Below, piece after piece: positions 56,301 to 64,000 of a stretch of DNA of 64,000 nucleotides (the first letter of the stretch is position 1; each line of letters begins with the position of its first letter). The stretch covers positions 712,507-776,506 of the forward strand of contig OY759598.1 in assembly GCA_963662435.1 (NCBI GenBank), in the 5' to 3' direction. The DNA comes from Dehalococcoidia bacterium. Lineage in GTDB: Bacteria; Chloroflexota; Dehalococcoidia; Lucifugimonadales; VXLM01. Position numbers and translations under genes: made by a program. The notes under the pieces were generated by a model. That model saw only the letters and a program-made list of their open reading frames with translations, searched no databases and was not told the origin of the DNA.

Positions 56301-56419
56301 GTTTCACGGGCGGTTTGGAAGTCGATGGACAGGAAATCTCCGATCTGCGTGAAGCTCTGGAGCTTGTCTCGCTTGGGCACACCGTCGTCACTGCCAAGCG
56401 GTATGATGGAGACGCCTAA
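53384..56419 (+). CDS. DUF499-type P-loop ATPase (1011 aa)
   Basis: GAGGAG upstream of ATG 53384. LRETCVPRDEVLSGELRDEMFAANLSEVVRGDAHETYQDPDKFFANTYLTERV..FRLDTPFGGGKTHTLISLYHL and ..FMIDEPAEY. This N-terminal pattern is characteristic of DUF499. Confidence 0.75.
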   Translation: MAGLKVLRETCVPRDEVLSGELRDEMFAANLSEVVRGDAHETYQDPDKFFANTYLTERVRSFLNEVVGRLSGKDSTAAAFFRLDTPFGGGKTHTLISLYHLLASKRSPDYLRAMGVDPADVPDTVKVVTVVGGDLNPADGVRKGDSVVHHIWGEIAYQLGGEEGYELVRNADRQVIAPGPQFLDALADDSPILFMIDEPAEYMRRMGSSAGQLPAFLKTLSEWATAANRPRALVLTLAWGHETQHGQMDAFNKETSELVEKLDETFREIQSVVSRPARVVTPSQRQDIEPILRRRLFESVDMNAATPTADAYFSALRDAAGRDTPLPADVVQASYRKQIEDAYPFHPSFIEVMDGKLATIPNFQRTRGALRLVSRVIRRIWEQKQNDAALIHPFSVDLSDPETVEELVGRLDRSAYSAVVSYDVASTAGAAHAQEIDRDSFAGHPPYAQRVAVTLLLHSLPDPPARGANLNELLASVLTPSSDSAHLRKALEYLSNEAWHLDYEGTRYTFRTEPSLNKIVLDETLAVSRHDARTELGRRIRQIWRTAGLEVRYFPDATEDLDDTTNGKLVLMHWDTADVTSAKNATPPKVQELANYKGVQQDFRRYRNTLFFLVADSDRTEGMFQAARRWLALEHLVQNRNRMDEMKLSTEHRDRLRNWHKEGELSVRVAITRAYRHLFYPQGMEQSRTAFGHHALMIDDQGHGRINHTETILKVLEEDLEKVKTASAGLRSPVMVKQETFGASEGGLALDMLMERYAERPRLPLIIAPTYFQEIVRAGVVNKTWLYYDAVKDIAYDTLEPVTDIVLDGQHMLMLGDEAVKRGVQVWAPTAQGKGETEQEGGGKVSDVGTPGEGVSTSPVKLTGEGEPRKALADAIAKAKDQGWKSFISIALEWQGEDGDTHSSMSHLRTLMGQTPGGEAGVSCKLTCEFGDGGVLDTSYTGSYERYRSVANTLEAQASQAKKAFVSMSLTLGFTGGLEVDGQEISDLREALELVSLGHTVVTAKRYDGDA

Positions 56420-56889
56420 TGCTTGCGCGAACAGGACGGAGGCCGAAACGATACTCCAAGCCGTTCATCGTGACACTCGACACTTCAGTTCCCCGTATTG
56501 TGGTAAGCCACCAGTCGGCCGATATGAATGGCGCTGGCCAGCACACGGTCACACAGCGAATCGTCACGCTCCAAGGAAGGCGTGCATCGCAGCATATGCC
56601 GATGACTCTGGATATGCTGAGCCGGGCAGGAGCGGACGTCGGGAGAGTTGATGACCGTCACGGTGGCAGGTTGCGCCTGTCCGAGGAGCGCGGCGCGCGG
56701 TTTGCTCTGACGCTGGCGTCCGTCGCGCCCGTGCAGAAGCCGAGCAGGGCCGCGCTCATACGAGCGGGCGTCTCCGAGATGTGCGATGAGGAGGTGTACT
56801 ACTGGTACGCCAAGATGGCGGGAGCATTCGAGCCTTCCGGAGGGAATGACGCGCTCAAGGCGCTGCGAATGCTCTTGGCCGGAGAGTGA
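56419..56889 (+). CDS. Small accessory protein (156 aa)
   Basis: Start overlaps the DUF499 stop (TAATG) and its stop overlaps the next start (GTGA). No motif recognised. Its position matches the small accessory gene often found between DUF499 and DUF1156 genes (from memory, unverified). Confidence 0.5.
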   Translation: MLARTGRRPKRYSKPFIVTLDTSVPRIVVSHQSADMNGAGQHTVTQRIVTLQGRRASQHMPMTLDMLSRAGADVGRVDDRHGGRLRLSEERGARFALTLASVAPVQKPSRAALIRAGVSEMCDEEVYYWYAKMAGAFEPSGGNDALKALRMLLAGE

Positions 56890-58097
56890 ACCGCGCCAAC
56901 TTCCCGATGCCTAGAAGAACTCCAACCATACCCGTTGCTCCCGAAGTCCTAGCTTGGGCGAGGGAGTCGGTCGGCCTATCACAGGAGGAGTTGGGCCGGA
57001 AGATTGGGTCAGCAGAAGTAAACGTACTCGAGTGGGAGCGAACCGACTCCACGACACTTGTCACTCCGACACAGCTGGAAAAAATTGCAGACGCCGTCAA
57101 ACGCCCGACAGCCGCGCTCCTCCTGAATGAGCCTCCCAAGAACCCGCGACCGCCGAAGGACTTTCGACGACCGCACAGGCGACGCAAGAGCCACTCTCCC
57201 GACCTGAGCAGGGCGATACGTCGCGCTCGCCGCCTTCAGCGCGTCGCCGCAGAAGTATTTCACGAATTGGAGGAACACGCGCAGCCCGATCTTCCTGCGA
57301 CATTCTCACTCGCCGACGACACGGAATGGTCGGCGCGTCAAGTTCGCCACACTCTCGAAGTTCCACACGACATCCATACCGAATGGAACGACGCACGCGT
57401 CGCCCTTAGAGCTTGGCGCTCAATCATAGAGTCGCGAAATATCCTGGTCTTTAGCGCGGACTTTCCCCGCGAAGAGGCGCAGGGATTCAGCCTTTCGGAT
57501 GAAGAACCCAACGTCATCACCCTAAGTGCCAAAGACCCGCCTACCACGCGCTGCTTCACCTTGTGGCACGAATTCGGACATCTGCTGCTGCGAAACACGG
57601 CGCTTTGTGTCATGGATGAGTCTGAGACTGATGGGTTAGACGATGATCGTCGGACGGAGGACTGGTGCCACCGCTTCGCCGAGGCCATGCTCGTCGACAG
57701 GGATTTGCTCCAATCGCGCCCTCAGACATCAGCCGTAGCGAGTCGTCTACCCGGGTACCAAGTGGACCTGCGCAGCCTCGCGTCGAATTTCAAAGTCAGC
57801 CAACACGTCGCCCTTTTCAGGATGTGGCATCTAGGGTTGATTCCCGAGAGCATGTTCCGGGAGGAGTATGTGCGTGTTCAGGCAGAGCAGGAGGGAGCCG
57901 CGCGTGAGAGCAAGAAGAAGAGAGGCGGTCCACCCGACCCGGCGAATATCGCCGTCCGCGACAGCGGACAGCGGCTCGCAAGGGCTTTGCTCCAAGCATT
58001 CGACAGAGGCAGCCTCACCCATGCGGAGCTTGCGGACTACTTCGGCGCCCGCCTGAAGCACATAGAGAATATCCGTCGGGAAGCCCATCGACAATAA
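56886..58097 (+). CDS. XRE-type HTH fused to an ImmA/IrrE-family zinc metallopeptidase
   Basis: LAWARESVGLSQEELGRKIGSAEVNVLEWE (HTH), and later CFTLWHEFGHLLL (HExxH). Confidence 0.75.
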   Translation: MNRANFPMPRRTPTIPVAPEVLAWARESVGLSQEELGRKIGSAEVNVLEWERTDSTTLVTPTQLEKIADAVKRPTAALLLNEPPKNPRPPKDFRRPHRRRKSHSPDLSRAIRRARRLQRVAAEVFHELEEHAQPDLPATFSLADDTEWSARQVRHTLEVPHDIHTEWNDARVALRAWRSIIESRNILVFSADFPREEAQGFSLSDEEPNVITLSAKDPPTTRCFTLWHEFGHLLLRNTALCVMDESETDGLDDDRRTEDWCHRFAEAMLVDRDLLQSRPQTSAVASRLPGYQVDLRSLASNFKVSQHVALFRMWHLGLIPESMFREEYVRVQAEQEGAARESKKKRGGPPDPANIAVRDSGQRLARALLQAFDRGSLTHAELADYFGARLKHIENIRREAHRQ

Positions 58098-58107
58098 GAG
58101 AAGACGT

Positions 58108-58719
58108 ATGAATTCGACCGAAAGGATATATTGCCTCGATACAAGCGCTCTGCTTTTCATGGCGGACACCTATTCGACTGACGTGTTCCCCGAAGTCTGG
58201 GAGCAGTTGACGGAGTTAGCCCATGGCGAAGTGGTGATGGCTCCCAGAGAGGTTCATCGGGAGCTCCTAAGGAAAGAAGACAATGGAGCTTTGACGTGGG
58301 CCAAAGCGAACCGGGAGCTGTTCCGCCCACTGGATGCCGGTCAGAGTAGCGTCGTCGGCGCAATCGTAAGCTCGCCCCGATTTCAGGGTCTCATCGACCT
58401 CGATGCCGAACTGCCCGACGCCGACCCATTTGTCGTAGCGCTCGCTGCTACTCACCGGAATGAACTCTTGGCCTCCGCTCTTCCCGCTGTTGTCGGTGTG
58501 AACCCTGCCCGTGTTCGCGTAAGTCTAGAAGAGGTGTGCGAAGAGGAAAGCTACCCGGTCCGATTCCTCACTCCCTACGAAATGCTTCGGGAGAACGATA
58601 TCGACGTTCCGGAACCCGGTGGGAGGGGCCTAGCGGACTTGTACGGCATATGGAAGGGGCCGAGCTTTACCGAGGAGGAGATCGTGGCAGTCAAACTCGG
58701 AGCGTGGCGCGATCGATGA
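58108..58719 (+). CDS. DUF4411-type PIN-like protein with a ~45-aa C-terminal extension
   Basis: IYCLDTSALLFMAD..VWEQL..GEVVMAPREVHREL..WAKANRELF..DADPFVVALA. The tail ..GGRGLADLYGIWKGPSFTEEEIVAVKLGAWRDR is extra relative to what I recall of the family length. Confidence 0.6.
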   Translation: MNSTERIYCLDTSALLFMADTYSTDVFPEVWEQLTELAHGEVVMAPREVHRELLRKEDNGALTWAKANRELFRPLDAGQSSVVGAIVSSPRFQGLIDLDAELPDADPFVVALAATHRNELLASALPAVVGVNPARVRVSLEEVCEEESYPVRFLTPYEMLRENDIDVPEPGGRGLADLYGIWKGPSFTEEEIVAVKLGAWRDR

Positions 58720-59117
58720 CAACGTACGTCTTGGATACTCAGGCCTTTGTGTGGTACCTGTCTGGCGACTCGAGATTATCCTCCACAGCACTTAACATCA
58801 TTCGCGACCCTGGCGATGGCAACCAGTTGGCGATCCCGACAATCTGCCTCGTCGAGGCGTGGGACCTAGACAGAAAGGGAAAACAGGGAGCCGCCCTCTG
58901 GGGCCACATAACGCAAGGACTCAGAGTCAAAAAAATCCTCATAAGAGATCTCGATTTAAGCGTCATCAATCTGATGCCCAACCTGTGGACCGATACCCAC
59001 GACATGATAGTCATAGCCACCGCCCTCGACCTGCAAGCCCGATATGGTGCAGCTACTATCATATCGAAAGACTGCAAGATGAGATGCGACCAATCCCTGG
59101 TACCCTGCATCTGGTAA
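58716..59117 (+). CDS. PIN-domain (VapC-like) ribonuclease toxin
   Basis: ATGA overlap with the upstream gene. MTTYVLDTQAFVWYL..CLVEAWDL..DTHDMIVIATAL..IISKDCKM supplies the D/E/D/D acidic residues. Confidence 0.7.
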   Translation: MTTYVLDTQAFVWYLSGDSRLSSTALNIIRDPGDGNQLAIPTICLVEAWDLDRKGKQGAALWGHITQGLRVKKILIRDLDLSVINLMPNLWTDTHDMIVIATALDLQARYGAATIISKDCKMRCDQSLVPCIW

Positions 59118-59136
59118 ACCTCAATAAAGGACACCC

Positions 59137-62028
59137 ATGAAAACCAAGCGACTCATCGAAGAGTGGCTGCCCATCAAGGAGATCGGCGTCGAGTCGCGGC
59201 GCGAGAACTCCACTGGCCAGCATCCACCTCCAAACCGGCTCCATGTCTGGTGGGCGCGGCGGCCCCTCACCGCCTCCCGCGCCGCCGTCCTCGCTTCCAT
59301 CCTTCCCGCGTGGGGCGATGGCGATGGTTTCCTCAGCGAGCACTTCGAGTCAGAGAGCGAATACCACCGCTGGTTCCTGCGGATGCTGGGGATTCTCGGC
59401 GACCCGGTGGCGGCGGAGGATGCAAGAAACCGAGCGCGTGAGCGTAATGTGCGCTTGGAGCGAAATCCTTTCGACTATCCTCGCGCATTTTCCTCCCAGC
59501 TTGAAGCCAGTGACACGAAAATACTGCAAAATATCTGCAAAGACACGCCAACTGTGCTCGACCCGATGGCAGGTGGAGGAACCATCCCATTCGAGTCTCT
59601 GAGGCTAGGACTCACGACTTTAGCGGGGGAACTTAACCCCGTTGCCTGTACCGTCTTGAAAGCTACATTAGACTATCCGCTCAATTTCGGCACATCCCTA
59701 ATTGAAGATATCGTGAAGTGGGGCACACGACTAGAGGAATACTGCTATGAGTCCCTACTGAAATTCTTTCCGGCGCAGCAAGGCGAGCGGATACTTGATT
59801 ATACTTGGGCCCGCACCGTCCCGTGTCCGACGACGGGGAAGCCCGTGCCGCTGTCGCCCAACTGGTGGCTGCGGAAGCAGACGGCGGACTCGGTCGCCGT
59901 GAACATACTGCCCTGCGAGCCTGATTGGAACGAGTGCCGCTTCGAGATCGTGCGCGGCAGGCAGGCCGACCTCGAAAGTTTGTACGCCCCGGGCCAGGGC
60001 ACCATCGCGCGCGGCAACGCAGTCTCACCGTGGAGCGGTGATCCCGTGCCCGGCGACTACATCAAGAAGGTGGCTCAGCGGGATGGCATGGGGGCGCAAC
60101 TCTTCGCTCTCTGCGTCGACCGTGGCCAGGGACGAGACTTCCGGCTCCCCACGCAGGACGACATCGCCGCCGTCGCACGCGCCAAGAGTGCCCTCACCGA
60201 ACGCTGGGATGACTGGCTCGCCTCAGGTCTGATTCCGACGGAATCTATTCCCGTCGGCAACAAGACGGCCGAGCCGCTCCGCTACGGTATGTACCGGTGG
60301 GACCAGCTCTTCGCGCCCCGCCAGCTCTTCGCCATGCTCACCTATCTCGAACCTCTCTGCGAGTTCGCCCCAGAGATGGAGCGTGAGCTCGGTGCCGAGC
60401 GTGCCGCTGCTGTACGTACATATCTGGGCCTCGCCCTGGACAAAATACCCAATCGCAACAGCACGTTCTGCACATGGATACCGCAACGGGAAGTCATTGG
60501 ACAAGTGTTTCAAAGGCATGACTTTTCCATTAAGTGGTCGTTCGCTGAGATGAACATGGCGTTGAAGGACAAGGGGGCATTTCCATGGGCGCTGACCCAA
60601 GTAGTGGACTCCTACAGGGGGCTATGCCGCCTTGTGGAGCCGTCGCGTCCGATGTTCGACGTACAGCCCGGAAACGGTCGGAGTGGACCGGTCGAGGTGA
60701 CGCGGGCGGGCGCCGCAAACCTTTCCCACCTACCCGACGCCTCCGTAGACGCCGTGGTCGTCGACCCGCCCTACGGCAACAACGTCATGTACGCCGAGCT
60801 TTCCGACTTCTTCTACGTCTGGCTGAAGCGCAGCGTCGGCGATCTGTACCCCGGCTGGTTCGACTCCGAGCTTGTGGACAAGGACGCCGAGGCGGTGGCG
60901 AACCCCGCGCGGTTCGAGAACGCTCGCGGCGGGCGGGCCAAGGAGCTTGCCACACGCGACTACCTGATGAAAATGCGTCGCGTCTTCCGCGAGATGCGGA
61001 GGGTCGTCAAGCCGGAAGGCGCTATGACCGTCATGTTCACGCACCGAGAGACGGAGATGTGGAACGCGCTCGGACTTGCCCTGCTCGAAACGGGTTGGGA
61101 GATCGGCTCCTCGTGGCCCGTCCATACCGAGTCGGAGCACAGTCTCCACATAGCGCGAAAGAACGCCGCGCGCAGCACGATCTTCCTCTTCTGCCGCCCG
61201 CGCGAACTGAGTAATGAGGTCTCGTTTTGGAACCAGGACCTTCGGGACGAAGTTCGGCGCACTGCATCGGAGAGGGCGCGTGATTTCCAGCAGGCAGGCA
61301 TCGAGGGCGTTGACCTCTACCTCTCAACCTTCGGCCCCGTGCTAGGCGTTCTGTCGCGCAATTGGCCGATCATCAGCGAGGAGGTGGACAGGGAGACGGG
61401 CGAGGCGGTGCGACTCGAGCCGGAAGCGGCGCTGAGCATCGCGCGGCGCGAGGTGTTCGCGCTCCAGCGCGAGGGCCTCCTGGACGGGCGGGCAGCCAAT
61501 TGGGACCTCGCCACGGACTGGTATCTGCTGGCATGGAAGAGCTTCGGCGCGCGCGAATTCAGCTACGACGAGGCCCGCAAGATGGCGATGGCGCACGGCG
61601 CGGACGCCGACGAGATTCGCAATCGCCACAAGCTCCTATCTCGCAAGGGCGACTCCGTGACGTTGCTCCGTCCCGACCAGAGAGAGGGCCGCGAACACGT
61701 CAACCCCGACGCCGTCACTTTCTCGCGGACGATCGACGCTCTCCACACCGCCATGTGGCTGTACGACCTTGAGGGCGAGCGCAGTTGCCGGCAGTTCCTC
61801 CAAGGCGCGGGCCTGATCGTGGACGCCGACTTCCAAACCCTCGTGCGTGCTGCCATAAACGCTGTCCCACGAACCCGCACTTACACCCGCGGGGAGGTAA
61901 CCGGCTTCAGAGTCCCCGAGGCCCAGACCCTCGAAAACATGCGAGTGAGCCTCTTCCCCGGCATCGAGGTCGATGAGAAGTTGGACACCGATGTCGGTGC
62001 AGAGCAAGCGACGATGGACGTCGGGTAG
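59137..62028 (+). CDS. DUF1156-type DNA methyltransferase (963 aa)
   Basis: MKTKRLIEEWLPIKEIGVESRRE..NRLHVWWARRPLTASRAAVLASIL (DUF1156 signature), VLDPMAGGGTIPFES (SAM motif) and VVVDPPYGNNVMYAELSDFFYVWL (DPPY). Confidence 0.8.
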   Translation: MKTKRLIEEWLPIKEIGVESRRENSTGQHPPPNRLHVWWARRPLTASRAAVLASILPAWGDGDGFLSEHFESESEYHRWFLRMLGILGDPVAAEDARNRARERNVRLERNPFDYPRAFSSQLEASDTKILQNICKDTPTVLDPMAGGGTIPFESLRLGLTTLAGELNPVACTVLKATLDYPLNFGTSLIEDIVKWGTRLEEYCYESLLKFFPAQQGERILDYTWARTVPCPTTGKPVPLSPNWWLRKQTADSVAVNILPCEPDWNECRFEIVRGRQADLESLYAPGQGTIARGNAVSPWSGDPVPGDYIKKVAQRDGMGAQLFALCVDRGQGRDFRLPTQDDIAAVARAKSALTERWDDWLASGLIPTESIPVGNKTAEPLRYGMYRWDQLFAPRQLFAMLTYLEPLCEFAPEMERELGAERAAAVRTYLGLALDKIPNRNSTFCTWIPQREVIGQVFQRHDFSIKWSFAEMNMALKDKGAFPWALTQVVDSYRGLCRLVEPSRPMFDVQPGNGRSGPVEVTRAGAANLSHLPDASVDAVVVDPPYGNNVMYAELSDFFYVWLKRSVGDLYPGWFDSELVDKDAEAVANPARFENARGGRAKELATRDYLMKMRRVFREMRRVVKPEGAMTVMFTHRETEMWNALGLALLETGWEIGSSWPVHTESEHSLHIARKNAARSTIFLFCRPRELSNEVSFWNQDLRDEVRRTASERARDFQQAGIEGVDLYLSTFGPVLGVLSRNWPIISEEVDRETGEAVRLEPEAALSIARREVFALQREGLLDGRAANWDLATDWYLLAWKSFGAREFSYDEARKMAMAHGADADEIRNRHKLLSRKGDSVTLLRPDQREGREHVNPDAVTFSRTIDALHTAMWLYDLEGERSCRQFLQGAGLIVDADFQTLVRAAINAVPRTRTYTRGEVTGFRVPEAQTLENMRVSLFPGIEVDEKLDTDVGAEQATMDVG

Positions 62029-62038
62029 GAGGGATGCT

Positions 62039-63613
62039 ATGAGCGAATCACCCGATCAAAAGAACCTCGAACTCAGCGTCACCAACCTCGGCCCCATAGC
62101 CAAAGCGGAGATCGACCTGCGCCCGATGACCGTCTTCGTAGGCCCCAGCAACACGGGCAAATCGTACCTGGCGATCCTAATCTACGCGCTGCATCGGGCG
62201 TTCGGGGGCGGTGCCATTGCTCCAAGTTTCATACGGAGGTACAGAAGATCCCCTATCTTCGGAATCGGTCGCCGCGCCCGGAATCATCAGCCGATATCAT
62301 CAGTAGAAACTGACGCCCTGACCAAGTGGCTTGATGGGATGTTGCACAAGGTAGATGCAGAGGACTACCCGGAGGCCTTTTCCGCTACCCTACCGGAGTC
62401 CGTCGCCGGGCCGGTCCGCCGTCAACTGGAAGATACCGGCGATTCCGGTGTGCTCTTGGACGCTGAGATCACACGGTGCTTCGGCGTCGAAGATACTTCG
62501 GCTCTGGTCCGCAACCAAGTCAAGAGCGGCGGAAGAGTGGTCGTGAGACGGCCGGTTGCCAGCCCGTCTACAGCCCCAGCATCGATCGCGTATGAATTCA
62601 CTATCAAGGGAAAACGCCGTGATCTTGCAGCATTGATGCCCATCGACGCTCCTTTGCGGTTTGTCGCAGATAAGCGGCAGTACATGGAAGCCATTGATGC
62701 ACTAACTTGGCTCGACAGTGAACCGAGGAGCGATGAGGAGCACGATATCAAACTAGACGTGGCGAATAACCTTATAGAAGAGCTTACCGATGCGGTCGGC
62801 TCACAAATTGTCGCTCCGTTGAGTCATCCGGCCCACTATCTGCCCGCCGACCGCACGGGGGTAATGCACTCACACCGAACAGTGGTGGGCTCAATTATCG
62901 GGCAGGCATCCCGCGCGGGATTGCAGCACGATAGCCCTCTTCCTCAACTGTCCGGCGTCCTGGCGGACTTCCTCAGTCAACTTATTGGTTTAGATGACAA
63001 GCCGGAAGGAAATCTCGATAGGAGACTCGCCCACGGCATCGAGAGAGACATGCTTCAAGGTAAAGTTCGCATGGAGAGGTCTATCGTAGGGTACCCGGAG
63101 TTCTTCTACCGGCCAACTGGCTGGACACACGATCTGCGTTTGATGAACTCCTCATCAATGGTATCCGAACTCGCGCCCGTCGTTCTGTACCTGCGGCACG
63201 TCGTTCGACCGGGCGAGACACTGACCATCGAGGAGCCGGAGTCTAGCCTGCACCCCGCGATGCAGGTGGAGTTCATCCGGCATCTTGCGGCGGCGGTGCG
63301 CGCTGGAGTCCGCGTCATGATAACCACGCACAGCGAATGGGTGTTGGATGCGCTTGCCAACCTCGTGCTCATGTCCGACCTTCCGAAGTCGCGTCGGAAG
63401 GGATTCCCGGGAGGGGACTTTGCACTACATGCCAGTGATGTGGGCGTGTGGCTCTTCGAGTCGAAGGAACGCCCCAAGGGTACTGTGGTGAGGGAGATTC
63501 CCTTTAGCGCAGATTATGGAAGCTACGCTTCCGACTTCAACGAGGTCGCCAAGGGGACTTACAATCACTGGGCTAGAGTAGCAAACCTTATCGAAGAAGA
63601 TGGCGAGAGATGA
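62039..63613 (+). CDS. ABC/AAA_21-type ATPase (524 aa)
   Basis: GGAGGG upstream of ATG 62039. LELSVTNLGPIAKAEIDLRPMTVFVGPSNTGKSYL (Walker A) and ..LTIEEPESSLHPAMQ (Walker B/D-loop), ITTHSEWVLDAL (H-loop). Confidence 0.7.
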   Translation: MSESPDQKNLELSVTNLGPIAKAEIDLRPMTVFVGPSNTGKSYLAILIYALHRAFGGGAIAPSFIRRYRRSPIFGIGRRARNHQPISSVETDALTKWLDGMLHKVDAEDYPEAFSATLPESVAGPVRRQLEDTGDSGVLLDAEITRCFGVEDTSALVRNQVKSGGRVVVRRPVASPSTAPASIAYEFTIKGKRRDLAALMPIDAPLRFVADKRQYMEAIDALTWLDSEPRSDEEHDIKLDVANNLIEELTDAVGSQIVAPLSHPAHYLPADRTGVMHSHRTVVGSIIGQASRAGLQHDSPLPQLSGVLADFLSQLIGLDDKPEGNLDRRLAHGIERDMLQGKVRMERSIVGYPEFFYRPTGWTHDLRLMNSSSMVSELAPVVLYLRHVVRPGETLTIEEPESSLHPAMQVEFIRHLAAAVRAGVRVMITTHSEWVLDALANLVLMSDLPKSRRKGFPGGDFALHASDVGVWLFESKERPKGTVVREIPFSADYGSYASDFNEVAKGTYNHWARVANLIEEDGER

Positions 63614-64000
63614 CCGTAGTAGAAGCGGTTCGGAAGAAGGTGGACCCTCGCCTGCTGGCATCTCGCTGTAAAGAAGGAGACTGCTCGGTACGTATAGACC
63701 GAACGTCTGGGAAATTTGCTTTGGTTCATGTTGATGTGCCTGGGGATCCACCCTGGTCATTGGCTACAAAGGATAAGAAACGTTGTGACTACTTGTTCGT
63801 GGGAGGCGCAGATAAACGCGGGAACCCATGGGTAGTCCCATTGGAACTGACGACCTATGATGAGAAGCCCTCAAGCACGATTGCAGGTCAACTTCAGGCG
63901 GGCGCCGGAATCGCCGAATGCCTCATTCCCAAGAACTCAACCGTTCGGTTCTGTCCAATTCTCGCTTCTTTGAATCTTAGCAGGTATACCAGGCTTCAAT
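63610..64000 (+). CDS. Unknown partner protein of the ABC-type ATPase (5' part only; runs off the window)
   Basis: ATGA overlap at 63610-63613. Manual translation MTVVEAVRKKVDPRLLASRCKEGDCSVRIDRTSGKFALVHVDVPG..KKRCDYLFVGGADKRGNPWVVPLELTTYDEKPSS.. stays open to 64000. Not in the ORF track because there is no stop in the window. Confidence 0.5.
   Translation, partial: MTVVEAVRKKVDPRLLASRCKEGDCSVRIDRTSGKFALVHVDVPGDPPWSLATKDKKRCDYLFVGGADKRGNPWVVPLELTTYDEKPSSTIAGQLQAGAGIAECLIPKNSTVRFCPILASLNLSRYTRLQ

Overview
This 64-kb window is accessory, mobile DNA from a high-GC bacterium. By eye, element backbones are about 62-67% GC and several cargo islands are about 45-55% GC. Ribosome-binding sites are strong GGAGG types, and many genes have ATGA/GTGA start-stop overlaps. 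I recognised no rRNA, tRNA or CRISPR array. (i) 1-2818: most of a minus-strand STAND-like NTPase with a nuclease-fold N-terminus. (ii) 3.3-19.8 kb: a phage/ICE-like early module. It has an HTH/coiled-coil regulator, a zinc-finger/TOPRIM primase split by a 3.0-kb group II intron, a Rad52-type annealase, a Cas4-like exonuclease, SSB, RadC, an N6-type methyltransferase and an SNF2/DEAD-like helicase. (iii) The helicase gene is cut at about 19.77 kb by an element headed by a large serine recombinase. Its recombinase-proximal arm (small protein, DUF1016 nuclease, long structured leader, HTH/coiled-coil genes) recurs as decayed copies at 48.0-50.4 and 50.4-52.1 kb, and as leader plus HTH gene at 3.3-4.5 kb. 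(iv) Cargo includes IS110/IS66/IS5 remnants, a PAS histidine kinase fused to a complete OmpR-type response regulator, about 9 kb of secreted/lipoprotein genes sharing a duplicated 5' cassette, a metzincin, a decayed S1 protease, and toxin-antitoxin remnants. (v) 53.4-64.0 kb: an eight-gene, translationally coupled operon. It combines a DUF499-type ATPase and a DUF1156-type methyltransferase with ImmA/IrrE-DUF4411, a PIN toxin, an ABC-type ATPase and an unknown partner. This is my best candidate for an undescribed composite defence system. Other notable signals are an extra lipoprotein ORF inside the intron, a 1.2-kb non-coding region with co-varying palindrome pairs, a 30-nt hairpin repeat embedded in two genes in different frames, and conserved-5'-cassette lipoprotein paralogs. 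All homology calls come from motif recognition by eye; no searches were run.
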